Notes: generated by a model not told the origin, from the letters alone. Counted from the first letter of the stretch, positions 9,307 to 19,677 are shown. The stretch: 64,000 nt of DNA from Cyanophyceae cyanobacterium (GCA_050331735.1 JBHJGN010000007.1:32001-96000), one strand, 5' to 3'. Translations and numbers: made by a program.

Positions 9307-12300
9307 ATGCAGCAAGCGCAGAATTCCAGTGATGAGTCGGAGTCAACCGTGAGTCAGCCCTCTGACTCTCACTCTCGACGACGGCTCCTACTATGGTTGG
9401 GAGGTGTATTACTCCTGGGTTTGGGGGGCAGCGCCGGTGCTGGATGGTTTTGGCTCCAGCGACAGCTTGTGCCGCTAGTGACTAAAGAGCTGAGCGCTTT
9501 GCTGAATCGTCCCGTCGAGGTCGGTCAACTGACAAGAGTTTCTTGGCAAGGAGTCCGCTTTGGTCGCAGTGAAATTCCGGCGACAGCAGTCGATCCAGAC
9601 CGGGCAACGGTAGCAGCCGTAGACGTGTCGTTTGCTCCAGTCAAGCTTTTGAGACACCGACAGCTACAGCTTAATATTACCTTGGTCAAGCCAGATCTAT
9701 ACGTCGAGCAAGACCAACAGAAACGCTGGCTTTCTACGCAAATCGATTCCTCCGCCGAACCCGGAGCGATAGAAATTGATCTGCAAACAATTCGCTTTCA
9801 GGATGCAGAGATCGAGTTAGTAGCTCGTTCTGAGGCGGGAAACCTAAAAACGCCAGTAGCCGCTACGGTTCCGTCCGGTCTCACTACTTTTACCGATGAC
9901 GCTCGACGGATTGAATTTGATGTGGAGGGACGATTACCGGAAGGACAGTTTACCGTTGATGGCAGTATGCTCACCGCCACCAACGACATCAGCCTAGTCT
10001 TAAGAGGAAAGCAAATTTCAGCAACAGAGGTAGGTCACTTAATCGAGTTACCCCTCGAGTTATCTGCTGGCACAATTGACCCTAATTTAGAAATTCAGCT
10101 CTCTCCAGGAGAGATGGCTGTACTAACCGGAGTGGCTACGCTAGACAACGTTACCGCTAAGCTCCCTAACCTAGCGCAGCCGTTTGCTAACACCAACGGA
10201 CAGTTGCGCTTTGAGGGGACTGACATTGAGTTAGAAAATGTTCGCGCTCTGTTTGGTTCTGTGCCAATTGTCGCTCATGGTTCTGTCAAGAGCAGCGAAG
10301 AGCTAGAAATTGTGGCGCAAACAGCTTCTGTAGAAATCAATCAGGGCCTCGAAGCTTTACAGTTGCAGTCTCCGGTTCCTCTGCGCGGCGAAGCACAAGC
10401 CACCATTGCCGTCATCGGGACGAGTCAACGCCCCCAGGTGGATGTTAACTTAGTCACTACTAAACCTAGTGAAATTGACCGCGTTCGCTTTCGTCGCATT
10501 ACTGCTGACTTACAATTAGTTGATACCATCCTCTTTGTGCGGGAATTTCAGGCTGAACCGTTAGTGGGAGGACGGTTAACAGGGACAGGAAAAACCGAAC
10601 TTGATTCGGGGGATTACCGCTTTGAGGTGGCTGCTGCTGAGATTCCCAGTCGGATTACTCGCGCTTATGATGTCGATTTAGCGCTTAAGCCTGGTCCGGT
10701 TTCCGGCCAAGCTGAGATTACTGGCAACTTAAATCGCCAGCAGGATATTCAAGCTGTGGGCAGCGCGAACTTTTCTCTAGAAGGAGGGAGAGTCACAGCG
10801 AGTCAAATTGAGGTCGATGCCCAACGCTGGCAGGCTAATCTGCGCGCAGCGGATGTGCCGCTTTCCGGTCTTGCGGCGGTGCCAGCCGAGTGGCAGCAGC
10901 AGCGTTTGAACGGAGTCTTTGCGGTTTCGGGAGCCGTGGATTCCTTCACGCCAGAAACTCTGGTGATGACGGGAGCAGCCAGCATCAACTACGCTGGCGG
11001 CATACTAATGGCAGAAAACCTGCGGCTGGCTGACGGTCGCTGGATGACTCAACTGGAGGCGGAGAATCTACAGCTTCAAGAACTGAACCCGCAAGCTGCG
11101 ACTCCAGGTCTTCTTCGGGGAACTTTTGAGCTGGCAGGGAATGTGGAGGATCTTAGCTTAGGGAGTATTAACGGGAGCGGAACCGGACAGGCGGTTCTAG
11201 CTCCAGGAATTGTTGAGGCGGCAGACATTCAGCTTGAAGACGGTCGGTTTACCGCTGTGGTAGTTCCTGACCTGGCGTTGGGGCAACTTGCGCCCCAGCT
11301 ACGCGGAGACTTAGCTGGACAGCTTTCTGTGGCTGGCAGCCTGAGTAATTTTAGCCCGACGGCTATTCAAGCAGAGGGGGAGCTGACTTTTAGCGAAGGA
11401 ATTTCAGCGGTCGAGCGTCCGTTAACGGCGGCGGTAAGCTGGAACGGTCAGCGACTTAATATTCAACAGGCCACTGCCGCTGGCGTGGAGGCAACAGGCT
11501 ATGCCGATGTTGGTCCTGACTTTCGACCGGGGCAAAATGCCTTGTCTCAGGTTGAGGAGCTATTTCTGGATATAGAAGCTCAGTCTCTGAGGGTGCAATT
11601 GTTACCGATTCCGCTCCCGGAATCGTTGGCCAAGCTTGACTATGCTGGAGGAGTAAACTTTGACGGCACGATCGCTGGCTCACCAATAGCTCCCCGAATT
11701 GAGGGCAAACTGGCTCTGCGAAATTTTGAGGTGGAGACAGTTTCCTTTGAGCCTGTGCTCACGGGAACGGTAGCGGTGGCTCCCCAGACCGGAGTAAACC
11801 TAGAGCTGGCGGGAGAACGCGATCGCATCGACATCACTCTGGCCCCGGACTACTGGCCGCAGGAGTTTGTAGTGCAGTCAGGCTCAGCAACCGTGAGCGG
11901 CTCGCGGCAGGGAGACTGGCTCCTGGCGGAAGCGCAGAACTTTCCCGTTCGTCCGTTGAAAGATTTGGCCCTGGCGCTGGAGGCTCCGATCCCAAAAGCG
12001 TTAGCCTCCCGCGAAGTGTCTGGCACTCTTTTTGGGGAGTTTGCCGTCGATCTAAATACTTGGGCGTTCTCTGGTAGGGAGGTGGCGATCGCTGCTCCGG
12101 TAGTGGGCAGGCTGACGGGCGACAGCTTGAGCGGTAGCTTCACCTACGCTAATGAGCAGGTCGCGCTTACCGACATTCTCTGGCAAGACGGAGAAACCCA
12201 CTATCGGCTCAACGGCAGGATTGACCAAGGGCAGGAGCCGCAACTGCAAGCGTCTGTTAAGGTCGAGCAGGGACAAATTCAGGAAATCCTAGAGACGCTG

Positions 12301-14460
12301 GAGATCTTTGAACTTTCTGACTTTAGCCGGGGGCTACAGCCAGCCGTTTACGGCGATTCTGCCGACCTGTATCGGCAAGCTTCCCCACCAGATCGCGCTC
12401 TCTTCTCAGTGGGCTCGCCGGGAGAAACTATTAATACGCAGCTTCGTCGTTTAGCCGAGATCGAAACGTGGCTCAGCGAGGCCCGCCAGCGACGCGAAGA
12501 AGCTCTGCTCCCAGAACTCCGCACCCTTGAAGGCAGCTTCAGTGGCTCAATCGAGGTGGCTGGTTCGTTGAACGAGCTGGCAGCAGAATTCGATCTGTGG
12601 GGACAGCAGTGGCGCTGGGGCCCCTACAGCGCCAACACCGTTATTGCTCAAGGAAATTTCCAAGATGGCATCCTCACCCTCGTTCCCGTCCGCTTACAAA
12701 CTAACGACAGCTTCCTCAGCTTCTCTGGGAGCTTTGGCGGCGAAACTCAATCGGGGCAGCTACGGCTGGCGAATATTCCGGTTGCTTTAGTGCGAGAATT
12801 TGTAGAGCTGCCGAGCGCGATTGGCTTTGGCGGCAGGCTCAATACCACCGTGGCGATCGCTGGGGATCGAGCCAACCCGCAGGCGCGAGGGGAATTAACG
12901 GTGGAAAACGCCACAATTAATCAAACGGCGATCGAGTCAACCGCAGGCAGCTTTAGCTACAACGATGCCCGCCTCAACTTCTTTGCTAGCAGCGTTCTGG
13001 CTGAAGGGGCTGAACCGTTAACGGTTACTGGCAGCGTTCCCTACCAACTGCCGTTCGCTGCGGTCGAGCCAGATAACAACGAACTCGACCTCAATATCAA
13101 TGTTCGAGATGAGGGACTGGCGTTGTTAGATATTTTGTCCCGGAACCAGGTTTCCTGGGTTGAGGGAGCAGGAGAAGTTAATCTAGAAATTTCCGGGAGC
13201 ATCGATCCCCAGACCAACAGACTCACCGAATTTCGCGGTGACGGCGTTGCTAGCGTGACCGATGCCACGATTGCGGCTCAGGTCGTTGCTGACGCTCCCC
13301 TAACGGAAGTGAACGGCACTATTCTGTTTAACTTTGACCGCCTAGAGATCGAGAGTTTAAAGGGCAAGCTTGGTGGGGGGGAAGTGTTGGTGACGGGAGC
13401 GCTACCCCTGACGCGAGAGTTACCGCAGGCAAACCCGCTCACGGTGACTCTACGAGATACTACCCTCTATTTCAAAGGTCTGTACAAAGGAGACGTGCGC
13501 GGAGAACTCAACATTACTGGCAGTGCTTTAGAGCCAGATGTTTCTGGAGAGGTAGAGTTGTTTGATGGAGAAGTGCTGCTGGGAGAAACGGTTACGACGA
13601 GCATGGGCAATCGTAACGACTGGGCAACCGCTACCGATTTTGACGCTCTCCGTCTGAACCTCGGTGATAATCTGAGGCTCACGCGACAGCCGCTGCTTAA
13701 TTTTCTCGCATCTGGCAGCTTACTCCTGAACGGAACGCCCGAAAATCCTCGTCCTGAAGGAACGATTCGCCTAAGGCACGGTCAAGTTAACCTGTTTGCC
13801 ACTCAGTTTCAACTGGCTGGAGGAGAGGAAAATACGGCGCGATTTTCTCCTGAGCAAGGCTTTGACCCGTATTTAGATCTGCGGCTAGCCACGTCAGTCA
13901 TTGAGACTAACAGCCAACCCCAACGACAAGATCCGGCTTCGGCGGACGTGCGCGAAATTCTGCCTTCTCAGATTGGTGCTTTGCAAACGGTGCGCGTACA
14001 GGCAGAAGTGGAAGGATACGCCAGTCAACTAACCGACAGTATTGAGTTAACCAGCAGTCCGCCACGCACCGAAACGGAAATTGTGTCGCTGTTAGGGGGC
14101 GGATTTGTGAATACTCTTGGTCGAGGAGATACGACTCTGGGACTAGCGAACTTAGCGGGTTCAGCGCTGTTTGGTAGCGTACAGGGAGCGATTGGAGAAG
14201 CGTTGGGGTTGAGCGAGTTTCGGATTTTTACCACTCCACTGATTAACGACGAACAAAGAACCACTGCCCTCGGCGTGGCGGCAGAAGCCAGCATCGATAT
14301 TACTTCCGACCTCTCTTTTTCTGCTCTGAAGATTTTGAATACCGAACAGCCAGCTCAATACGGGATTCGCTATCGCTTAAATGAAAGTACGGTCCTGCGA
14401 GGCTCTACTGACCTTGAGGATGATAATCGGGCTATTGTTGAGTTTGAACAGAGATTTTAA
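9307..14460 (+). CDS. tamB: Translocation/assembly module TamB (DUF490 / TIC236-like)
   Basis: 1717 aa, N-terminal anchor, beta-rich repeats, C-terminal DPYLDL...LTSSPPRTETEIVSLLGG...EFEQRF. Confidence 0.88.
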   Translation: MQQAQNSSDESESTVSQPSDSHSRRRLLLWLGGVLLLGLGGSAGAGWFWLQRQLVPLVTKELSALLNRPVEVGQLTRVSWQGVRFGRSEIPATAVDPDRATVAAVDVSFAPVKLLRHRQLQLNITLVKPDLYVEQDQQKRWLSTQIDSSAEPGAIEIDLQTIRFQDAEIELVARSEAGNLKTPVAATVPSGLTTFTDDARRIEFDVEGRLPEGQFTVDGSMLTATNDISLVLRGKQISATEVGHLIELPLELSAGTIDPNLEIQLSPGEMAVLTGVATLDNVTAKLPNLAQPFANTNGQLRFEGTDIELENVRALFGSVPIVAHGSVKSSEELEIVAQTASVEINQGLEALQLQSPVPLRGEAQATIAVIGTSQRPQVDVNLVTTKPSEIDRVRFRRITADLQLVDTILFVREFQAEPLVGGRLTGTGKTELDSGDYRFEVAAAEIPSRITRAYDVDLALKPGPVSGQAEITGNLNRQQDIQAVGSANFSLEGGRVTASQIEVDAQRWQANLRAADVPLSGLAAVPAEWQQQRLNGVFAVSGAVDSFTPETLVMTGAASINYAGGILMAENLRLADGRWMTQLEAENLQLQELNPQAATPGLLRGTFELAGNVEDLSLGSINGSGTGQAVLAPGIVEAADIQLEDGRFTAVVVPDLALGQLAPQLRGDLAGQLSVAGSLSNFSPTAIQAEGELTFSEGISAVERPLTAAVSWNGQRLNIQQATAAGVEATGYADVGPDFRPGQNALSQVEELFLDIEAQSLRVQLLPIPLPESLAKLDYAGGVNFDGTIAGSPIAPRIEGKLALRNFEVETVSFEPVLTGTVAVAPQTGVNLELAGERDRIDITLAPDYWPQEFVVQSGSATVSGSRQGDWLLAEAQNFPVRPLKDLALALEAPIPKALASREVSGTLFGEFAVDLNTWAFSGREVAIAAPVVGRLTGDSLSGSFTYANEQVALTDILWQDGETHYRLNGRIDQGQEPQLQASVKVEQGQIQEILETLEIFELSDFSRGLQPAVYGDSADLYRQASPPDRALFSVGSPGETINTQLRRLAEIETWLSEARQRREEALLPELRTLEGSFSGSIEVAGSLNELAAEFDLWGQQWRWGPYSANTVIAQGNFQDGILTLVPVRLQTNDSFLSFSGSFGGETQSGQLRLANIPVALVREFVELPSAIGFGGRLNTTVAIAGDRANPQARGELTVENATINQTAIESTAGSFSYNDARLNFFASSVLAEGAEPLTVTGSVPYQLPFAAVEPDNNELDLNINVRDEGLALLDILSRNQVSWVEGAGEVNLEISGSIDPQTNRLTEFRGDGVASVTDATIAAQVVADAPLTEVNGTILFNFDRLEIESLKGKLGGGEVLVTGALPLTRELPQANPLTVTLRDTTLYFKGLYKGDVRGELNITGSALEPDVSGEVELFDGEVLLGETVTTSMGNRNDWATATDFDALRLNLGDNLRLTRQPLLNFLASGSLLLNGTPENPRPEGTIRLRHGQVNLFATQFQLAGGEENTARFSPEQGFDPYLDLRLATSVIETNSQPQRQDPASADVREILPSQIGALQTVRVQAEVEGYASQLTDSIELTSSPPRTETEIVSLLGGGFVNTLGRGDTTLGLANLAGSALFGSVQGAIGEALGLSEFRIFTTPLINDEQRTTALGVAAEASIDITSDLSFSALKILNTEQPAQYGIRYRLNESTVLRGSTDLEDDNRAIVEFEQRF

Positions 14461-14579
14461 AAGTGATTGGATAGGCCCTTTAGTAGTTGGATGTAAAGAA
14501 ATAGATAATCGTCCAGTCGGAAGTCGAGAGGCAGGTCAGAAATTGGATTTTGTTCTGCTCGGTCCTTTGTTTTAGCTGG

Positions 14580-16553
14580 TCACCAAAAGTAGCCTGGTTC
14601 TACGGTAGTCTGGCGTTTGTTTGAGTCGTACTTTAACAGGTATTCTGCTGCGATCGCCTCTTGCTTCCGCAATTGCTTAACTTCTTTTTCATCAATTTCT
14701 GTATCGGTAGACAGTAAAATCACCTGATGGGATGCAGTCGGGAAGTAGCGTTCGACTAGGTTATTGCGGTGGGAGGAATCCAGCCGTCCTAGGGGCGTAT
14801 CAATGGCGACAGGCAGGTTACGTCCCGATACCCGCGCCAGTCCCCACAGAAAGGCGATCGCCAGTAGCTGCTTTTCTCCGGCGGATAAGCGATGCTTGGG
14901 GACGGGTTGCCCCTGGGGATCGAAGAGAGATAGGGCGAAGCGATCGCTCTCAATCGCAACCCGGTGAACGAGATCGCTCTTATGGAGCAGATAGCGAAAA
15001 CATTCCGTTACCTCTCCTTCTAGCTTATTTAACTTCTTGAGGGTTAAGCGTTCTTTAAATTGCTTGAGGGTTTGCTGCACCTTGGCGGCAGAATGGATGA
15101 TGTGTTCGTTGTTTTGGCGATCGATGGCTTGTTCGCTGTATTTTTCTAGTTCTTTTTTAGTTTGGGCGATCGCTTTTTCAATATCGCTATATTTTCGCGT
15201 CACTGCTTCGTAAGCCGCTTGACAATTAACCAATTTTTGCTGCGCTTTTTGCAGTGCCTCGTCTAGTTTCTGATAGGCTTCCGGCGAGGCTGCTATGGCT
15301 AGCTGCTTTTCGTTGGTTTCACTTTCGGCTTCTAAGTATTTTAATTTGTCAAGCTGTTCCTGAGCCTGTTTAACCTGGAGCAAGAGCTGATTCTCGACTA
15401 ACTCTAGACGTTTGACTGCTTCTGCGTCTACTCCTAGCCAAATTTGTGTGGTGTTTGCTTCCCGATTTAAAGCTTCATTTTCTTGAGTGAGAAAGACTTG
15501 AATTTGTTCAATTTGCGTCGAGGTAAAATCTAATTCATCTAAATAGTTTATCAGGCGATCGTCTCGCTCTTGTAATACAGTTTGAGCCACTTCTGCCTGC
15601 TTTTGTTTGAGTTCCGCTGTTGCTTGTTTTTGCGCCTGAGCGAGTAGCGGAGAGATTAGCTGCAATGGGAGAACGTCCGCTGCTAACTGGCACAATTCTT
15701 GACGTTGATTCTCTGCTGCTTGATTGAGAGTTCTAATTTTTTCTTCTAGCTGGCTGCGTTCTGCGGCAATCTTTCCGCCTTCTAAGCGAAATTTAGAAGC
15801 AGTTTCTCGATGATGAGCTTGAGCGCGTTCTAACTGAGCTTGTAAAGCTGCTAACTCTTCTTTAACGTTTTCTTTTTCTTGGGTAAGGCTTTTTATTTTC
15901 TTCTCAATTTCTTCTAAATTAGCTCGTTGAGAAACATTAGCTAAAGCTTTCCGTTTGCGACTGACTAAAATATCTAAATCAACCGCTAACCTTTCTGCTA
16001 ATTCTAGCCCTAAAAGAGACTGAATTGCCTCCACTACAGATGGAGGGGGTGCTTCTAATTCTGCTAATTCCTTAACCTGTTCGCCGTCAAAAAGAAACAG
16101 GTTAGAAATCCCTAGAGGTAATAGGGTTTCAATATATTCATCCCACGTATTGGCTAAAGCCGTATCGGGCCACTCTTCCTCTAGAATACCTAGAGTATCT
16201 TTACCATCTTTTGGGTTTCTTGTCCAGGTTCGCACAATTTTTAGTTGTACCCACTGGTCATTGCGAATATGTTCAATAGCTAATTCGATGCGAGCTTTAT
16301 CAACCGGAGACGTTTGATTATTGACCGATTGAGTTAGGAAATCGCTGTAGCTTAAGTTATTACGAGTAGAACATTGAGCGCGTTGTCCGTATAAGGCAAG
16401 GCGAACCGCATCCATTAAAGTTGTTTTTCCACCGCCATTCATGCCACCAAAAAGAACAATTGGGCGGCTATCTTCGGTTCCTGAATGTAGTTTTATAACG
16501 TTACGTCCTGCGTAAGGACCAAAGTTTTCTAAGATAAGTTCTTTAAATATCAT
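14580..16553 (-). CDS. dndD: DNA sulfur modification ATPase DndD
   Basis: LENFGPY, Walker A GMNGGGKTT, FLFDGEQ, coiled coil, LSAGEKQ, IDTPLGRLDSSHR, HQVILLSTDTEI. Confidence 0.93.
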   Translation of the reverse strand: MIFKELILENFGPYAGRNVIKLHSGTEDSRPIVLFGGMNGGGKTTLMDAVRLALYGQRAQCSTRNNLSYSDFLTQSVNNQTSPVDKARIELAIEHIRNDQWVQLKIVRTWTRNPKDGKDTLGILEEEWPDTALANTWDEYIETLLPLGISNLFLFDGEQVKELAELEAPPPSVVEAIQSLLGLELAERLAVDLDILVSRKRKALANVSQRANLEEIEKKIKSLTQEKENVKEELAALQAQLERAQAHHRETASKFRLEGGKIAAERSQLEEKIRTLNQAAENQRQELCQLAADVLPLQLISPLLAQAQKQATAELKQKQAEVAQTVLQERDDRLINYLDELDFTSTQIEQIQVFLTQENEALNREANTTQIWLGVDAEAVKRLELVENQLLLQVKQAQEQLDKLKYLEAESETNEKQLAIAASPEAYQKLDEALQKAQQKLVNCQAAYEAVTRKYSDIEKAIAQTKKELEKYSEQAIDRQNNEHIIHSAAKVQQTLKQFKERLTLKKLNKLEGEVTECFRYLLHKSDLVHRVAIESDRFALSLFDPQGQPVPKHRLSAGEKQLLAIAFLWGLARVSGRNLPVAIDTPLGRLDSSHRNNLVERYFPTASHQVILLSTDTEIDEKEVKQLRKQEAIAAEYLLKYDSNKRQTTVEPGYFW

Positions 16554-16588
16554 TCATGGATTCATGAGACTGGATGAAAGCTGAGGTG

Positions 16589-16600
16589 ATTATAATACCA
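16589..16600 (-). promoter_or_regulatory. Candidate -10 element (TGGTATTATAAT) about 35 nt upstream of dndD
   Basis: Perfect TATAAT on the minus strand between the REP-like repeat and the dndD start. Confidence 0.35.
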
Positions 16601-16627
16601 CGAAAATACTTGGTGACGGATTAACAG

Positions 16628-17170
16628 GGCGAATAGAATTCGCGGCTATACAAACAAAGTCCGCCTTCGCGGACTAGGAATTGTGCTCAATTAACAGGCG
16701 AAGATTATTTAGGCTGTAGTTCCCAAGAAGAAATAAGCAATTTCTGTCGATGGTGAAGTTTTTGGTTTCTGATATAATCGGCTACTTTGTCGATTCCTTC
16801 ATGATTAACGGTAAAAGCCGCATAGCTACCCTGCCATTTGAAGAATTGCGCTAGTTTAACTTCATGGTTAATGAGATGGGAAGAACTACCTTTTACCTGT
16901 TTAATTAATGCAGAAATAGGTAAAGTCGACGGAAATCCTACTAGCAGATGTACGTGATCTTCAATGCCACCTACAGCAATGACTGTATACTGTAGCTGTT
17001 CACACTGCCTGACTCTGCATAAACAATTCTCTGGATGTCAGGAGTGATAATCGGCAATCTATCCCAGCTTGCCCAAACACAGTGCCAGTACAGCTGGGTA
17101 AAGTGCGATCGCATTTCTTTTTAACCCGCGTAGGCGGGTTTCGCTTGTGTAGCCGCGAATTCTATTAGCC
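16628..17170. mobile_element. REP/RAYT-like unit: Y1 transposase pseudogene between 48-bp imperfect inverted repeats (16628-16675, 17123-17170)
   Basis: Arms match at 39/48 by manual alignment; each has a (G/A)TAG-CCGCGAAT motif and an inner hairpin with compensatory changes. Confidence 0.75.
16705..17114 (-). pseudogene. tnpA: Y1 (HUH) tyrosine transposase, IS200-like/RAYT, frameshifted near 17013-17015
   Basis: Manual translation MRSHFTQLYWHCVWAS...IVYA / VRQCEQL...IEDHVHLLV...KGSSSHLIN...WQGSYAAFTV...YIRNQKLHH; HUH and catalytic Tyr present. Confidence 0.85.
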
Positions 17171-17213
17171 TTACACTAGGGTTCCCTTTTAGAGATAGAA
17201 TGCGTCTAAGCGA

Positions 17214-18767
17214 TCATTCTTGCTTGGGAAACTTCATATCTGCCCAAGTAAGCTGCTGTTGGACTCTATCGACATCACCTTCACTAACAGCATTTTTTAA
17301 ATCTCGTTTTCGATGAGCATTTTCTATGGCTTCTTCTTTAGATCGAGAACTGGATTCAAAGCATTTTTCAAGAGTATCATAAATACCGACTCGACGAGAT
17401 TTGGTATAGTATTGACGTTCAGTATCCAGCAGCTTTGCCATCAATTCCAGGTGCATCGCATCGTCATCGCAAACTTCTTCTAAAACATTCCACTCATCGC
17501 TACCTAGAAGACTATTGCCAGCACCAAGACGAGGATCGTAAAAAGGTTCTCCTGTTACCTCTTGATAGATGCGGGGTAAACTGTCATCAAATTCATGTTT
17601 TTCTTCTAGCCAAATGCGTCTAATTTCGCTCAGTTCCTCTGGACTGATTAAGGTAATATCTTGCATATCAGGCGGTGCAGTGTGACGCACTTGAACTTGT
17701 GCTTCTAATACTTGACGAAGCCAATGTTCTCTCCACTTTTTAGTATAAGGACCGGGAATTGGTTCAACCGAAGTTTTTCCATCTAAATTGCGTTCAAAAA
17801 GCTGAACTTTTCCATAAATGCGGCGAAAATCTCTTCTGGGGCGATCATTGTCAACATCTAATTCATCCCGAATATCTAATAGAGGCTGCAACCATTCCTT
17901 TTCCTCGTCGTTCTGGATCATTGCCTCCATAGACTTGTCTTTATTAACCATTGTGCAAACCCAGCAGCCGAAGCGAGAATCCCCACAGCTAGGAGTAGAG
18001 GTATCAACGACTAAAGGACATTCGTTATCTGCTGTTGCACCGCGATACATGGTAAATAAGTCTTTGTTGTTATTCCCCCAAGGATTTTCCCACTGCATCA
18101 GGTATAGCCATACTTCATCAGTACGCCAGTCTTCAATAGGTAAGTAGATTAGAGAATTAGGTCGATTAGGGTTAGTATTGAGGCGATCTCGTACTCTCCA
18201 TTCCCGATGTTTAGCCATATTCGTTGCCCGCTTGTGACTTTCAGTCTTGCGAGTTCCTAAGATTAGAATTACTTCTCCGCTAGTTCTAATGACTTCACGA
18301 ATAAAAGAGTCGGCAGGCTTAATTTTCATGCGTTCGGTACACCATCTAAAGCGATTTCTGGGGGCTGGATATCCTTTTCCTATCAAGCACGTCCAAAATG
18401 TGTCTTGAACGGCTGGATAAGTTAGATGGGTTACTACTGGCATTTTCTGGTCTTGGGCAGCAATCTTCATGCGTTCCAAAGACTTGCGCACCCAAGCAGA
18501 AACGATAGGATTTTCTACAAGAGTATCGTTGCTAATAACATGGATTGTTTTAGTTCTTTTTTTAAGTGGAAGCGCAGCGATCGCATTCCAAATCAATTGT
18601 AGTACGCATGAACTATCTTTGCCTCCACTCCAGCCAATGACAAATGGTATATCATCCTGATAATACAACTCCTGAATTTCTGCGGTCAGTTTCTGTATAT
18701 CTTCAATTAACTCTTCTACCGTCCGTTTGTCTGCAATATTAATCTCTAACGATTGTTGTTTAGTCAT
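17214..18767 (-). CDS. dndC: DNA phosphorothioation sulfurtransferase DndC
   Basis: PAPS-reductase SGGKDS, GYPAPRNRFRWCTERMKIKP, SCGDSRFGCWVCT. Confidence 0.95.
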   Translation of the reverse strand: MTKQQSLEINIADKRTVEELIEDIQKLTAEIQELYYQDDIPFVIGWSGGKDSSCVLQLIWNAIAALPLKKRTKTIHVISNDTLVENPIVSAWVRKSLERMKIAAQDQKMPVVTHLTYPAVQDTFWTCLIGKGYPAPRNRFRWCTERMKIKPADSFIREVIRTSGEVILILGTRKTESHKRATNMAKHREWRVRDRLNTNPNRPNSLIYLPIEDWRTDEVWLYLMQWENPWGNNNKDLFTMYRGATADNECPLVVDTSTPSCGDSRFGCWVCTMVNKDKSMEAMIQNDEEKEWLQPLLDIRDELDVDNDRPRRDFRRIYGKVQLFERNLDGKTSVEPIPGPYTKKWREHWLRQVLEAQVQVRHTAPPDMQDITLISPEELSEIRRIWLEEKHEFDDSLPRIYQEVTGEPFYDPRLGAGNSLLGSDEWNVLEEVCDDDAMHLELMAKLLDTERQYYTKSRRVGIYDTLEKCFESSSRSKEEAIENAHRKRDLKNAVSEGDVDRVQQQLTWADMKFPKQE

Positions 18768-18782
18768 CTTTAGAAAAGACAG

Positions 18783-19187
18783 TTAAGTACCAATAATCTT
18801 CTGAACATCGTTTTGTATTTGGGCACGGGTTTTCTCTTCCCATTTTTTCTGTAAAAGTATTAACCCTGCTTCTGCATATTTTGAGACTAAATCGAAGACT
18901 TCCGCACTACTGGTAGGTTCTGGCTGACCATTACGCTTGCAAACAGCATATACTCCTGCTTCTAATGCTAAACGTACATCGTTATCTAGACGAAAAACTT
19001 CTGCTAAGCTGTGAGACTTTACTGTTAAAACTTGAGGAATTTTTACGTTGTTCTTGAGTGCATAAGCGGCGGCAAAAGCGTAGGCATCAATAGCACGTTG
19101 AAAAATTTGGTTCCTGAGTAGGTAATCTAGATATCCTTTGGATGTAGCCGTAGCACTAAATTTAGCTGTAATCTCTAAACGCTTCAT
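18783..19187 (-). CDS. Hypothetical 134-aa protein, possibly DndE-like DNA-binding protein
   Basis: Size and helical pattern; 15 nt upstream of dndC and coupled by ATGA overlap to the ATPase remnant. Confidence 0.45.
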   Translation of the reverse strand: MKRLEITAKFSATATSKGYLDYLLRNQIFQRAIDAYAFAAAYALKNNVKIPQVLTVKSHSLAEVFRLDNDVRLALEAGVYAVCKRNGQPEPTSSAEVFDLVSKYAEAGLILLQKKWEEKTRAQIQNDVQKIIGT

Positions 19188-19505
19188 TCTTCAACCTCGA
19201 TTACCGATGCATCTTCTGTTGCCTCTAGTTGTCGAATACGATGGATTTGGGCAATGTAAGGTCTTAACTCTTGCAAAAGGTAAGTCTCTGTCTGTTGCTA
19301 AGATTATCACCTGAGAGGGAATAGTGGGCAGAGAATTAATGGTGTTTTGTTGATGAGTGGTGTCCAAGTGACCGAAGGGCGTGTCCATCATCAGTGGTGC
19401 TGCCGTCCCTGATGCTAAGTTTAAGCCAGCGATGAAGGCAAAAGCAAGGGCTTCCTTTTCCCCGGCACTAATGCTTTCTGGATTTAGAACGTCACCATTG
19501 ACCTT
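19184..19505 (-). pseudogene. C-terminal remnant of a second DndD/SbcC-like ABC ATPase, 5'-truncated and frameshifted
   Basis: SISAGEKEALAFAF signature, MMDTPFGHLD Walker B/D-loop, SQVIILATDRD; shifted frame LQELRPYIAQIHRI...EVEE ends at TGA overlapping the next ATG. Confidence 0.8.
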
Positions 19506-19677
19506 CTGCCTCCTGCCCTCTGCCTTCTGACTGCCATCTGTAGCAAACGATAGGCAATTTCATATCACTTGCTCAGCGAGCTGGGTCGAAGCTTAGCCTT
19601 GCAGTTATCTGCCAAAACTAGTTCGGATTGAAAATTGGAGTGAGCAAGGAAAGCGCCGTCTCAGCAAAAATACATGC

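Noticed and set aside
9475..14358. Numerous 60-110 aa antisense ORFs inside tamB and other long genes
   Set aside because: Shadow ORFs opposite well-supported genes, with no recognisable motifs
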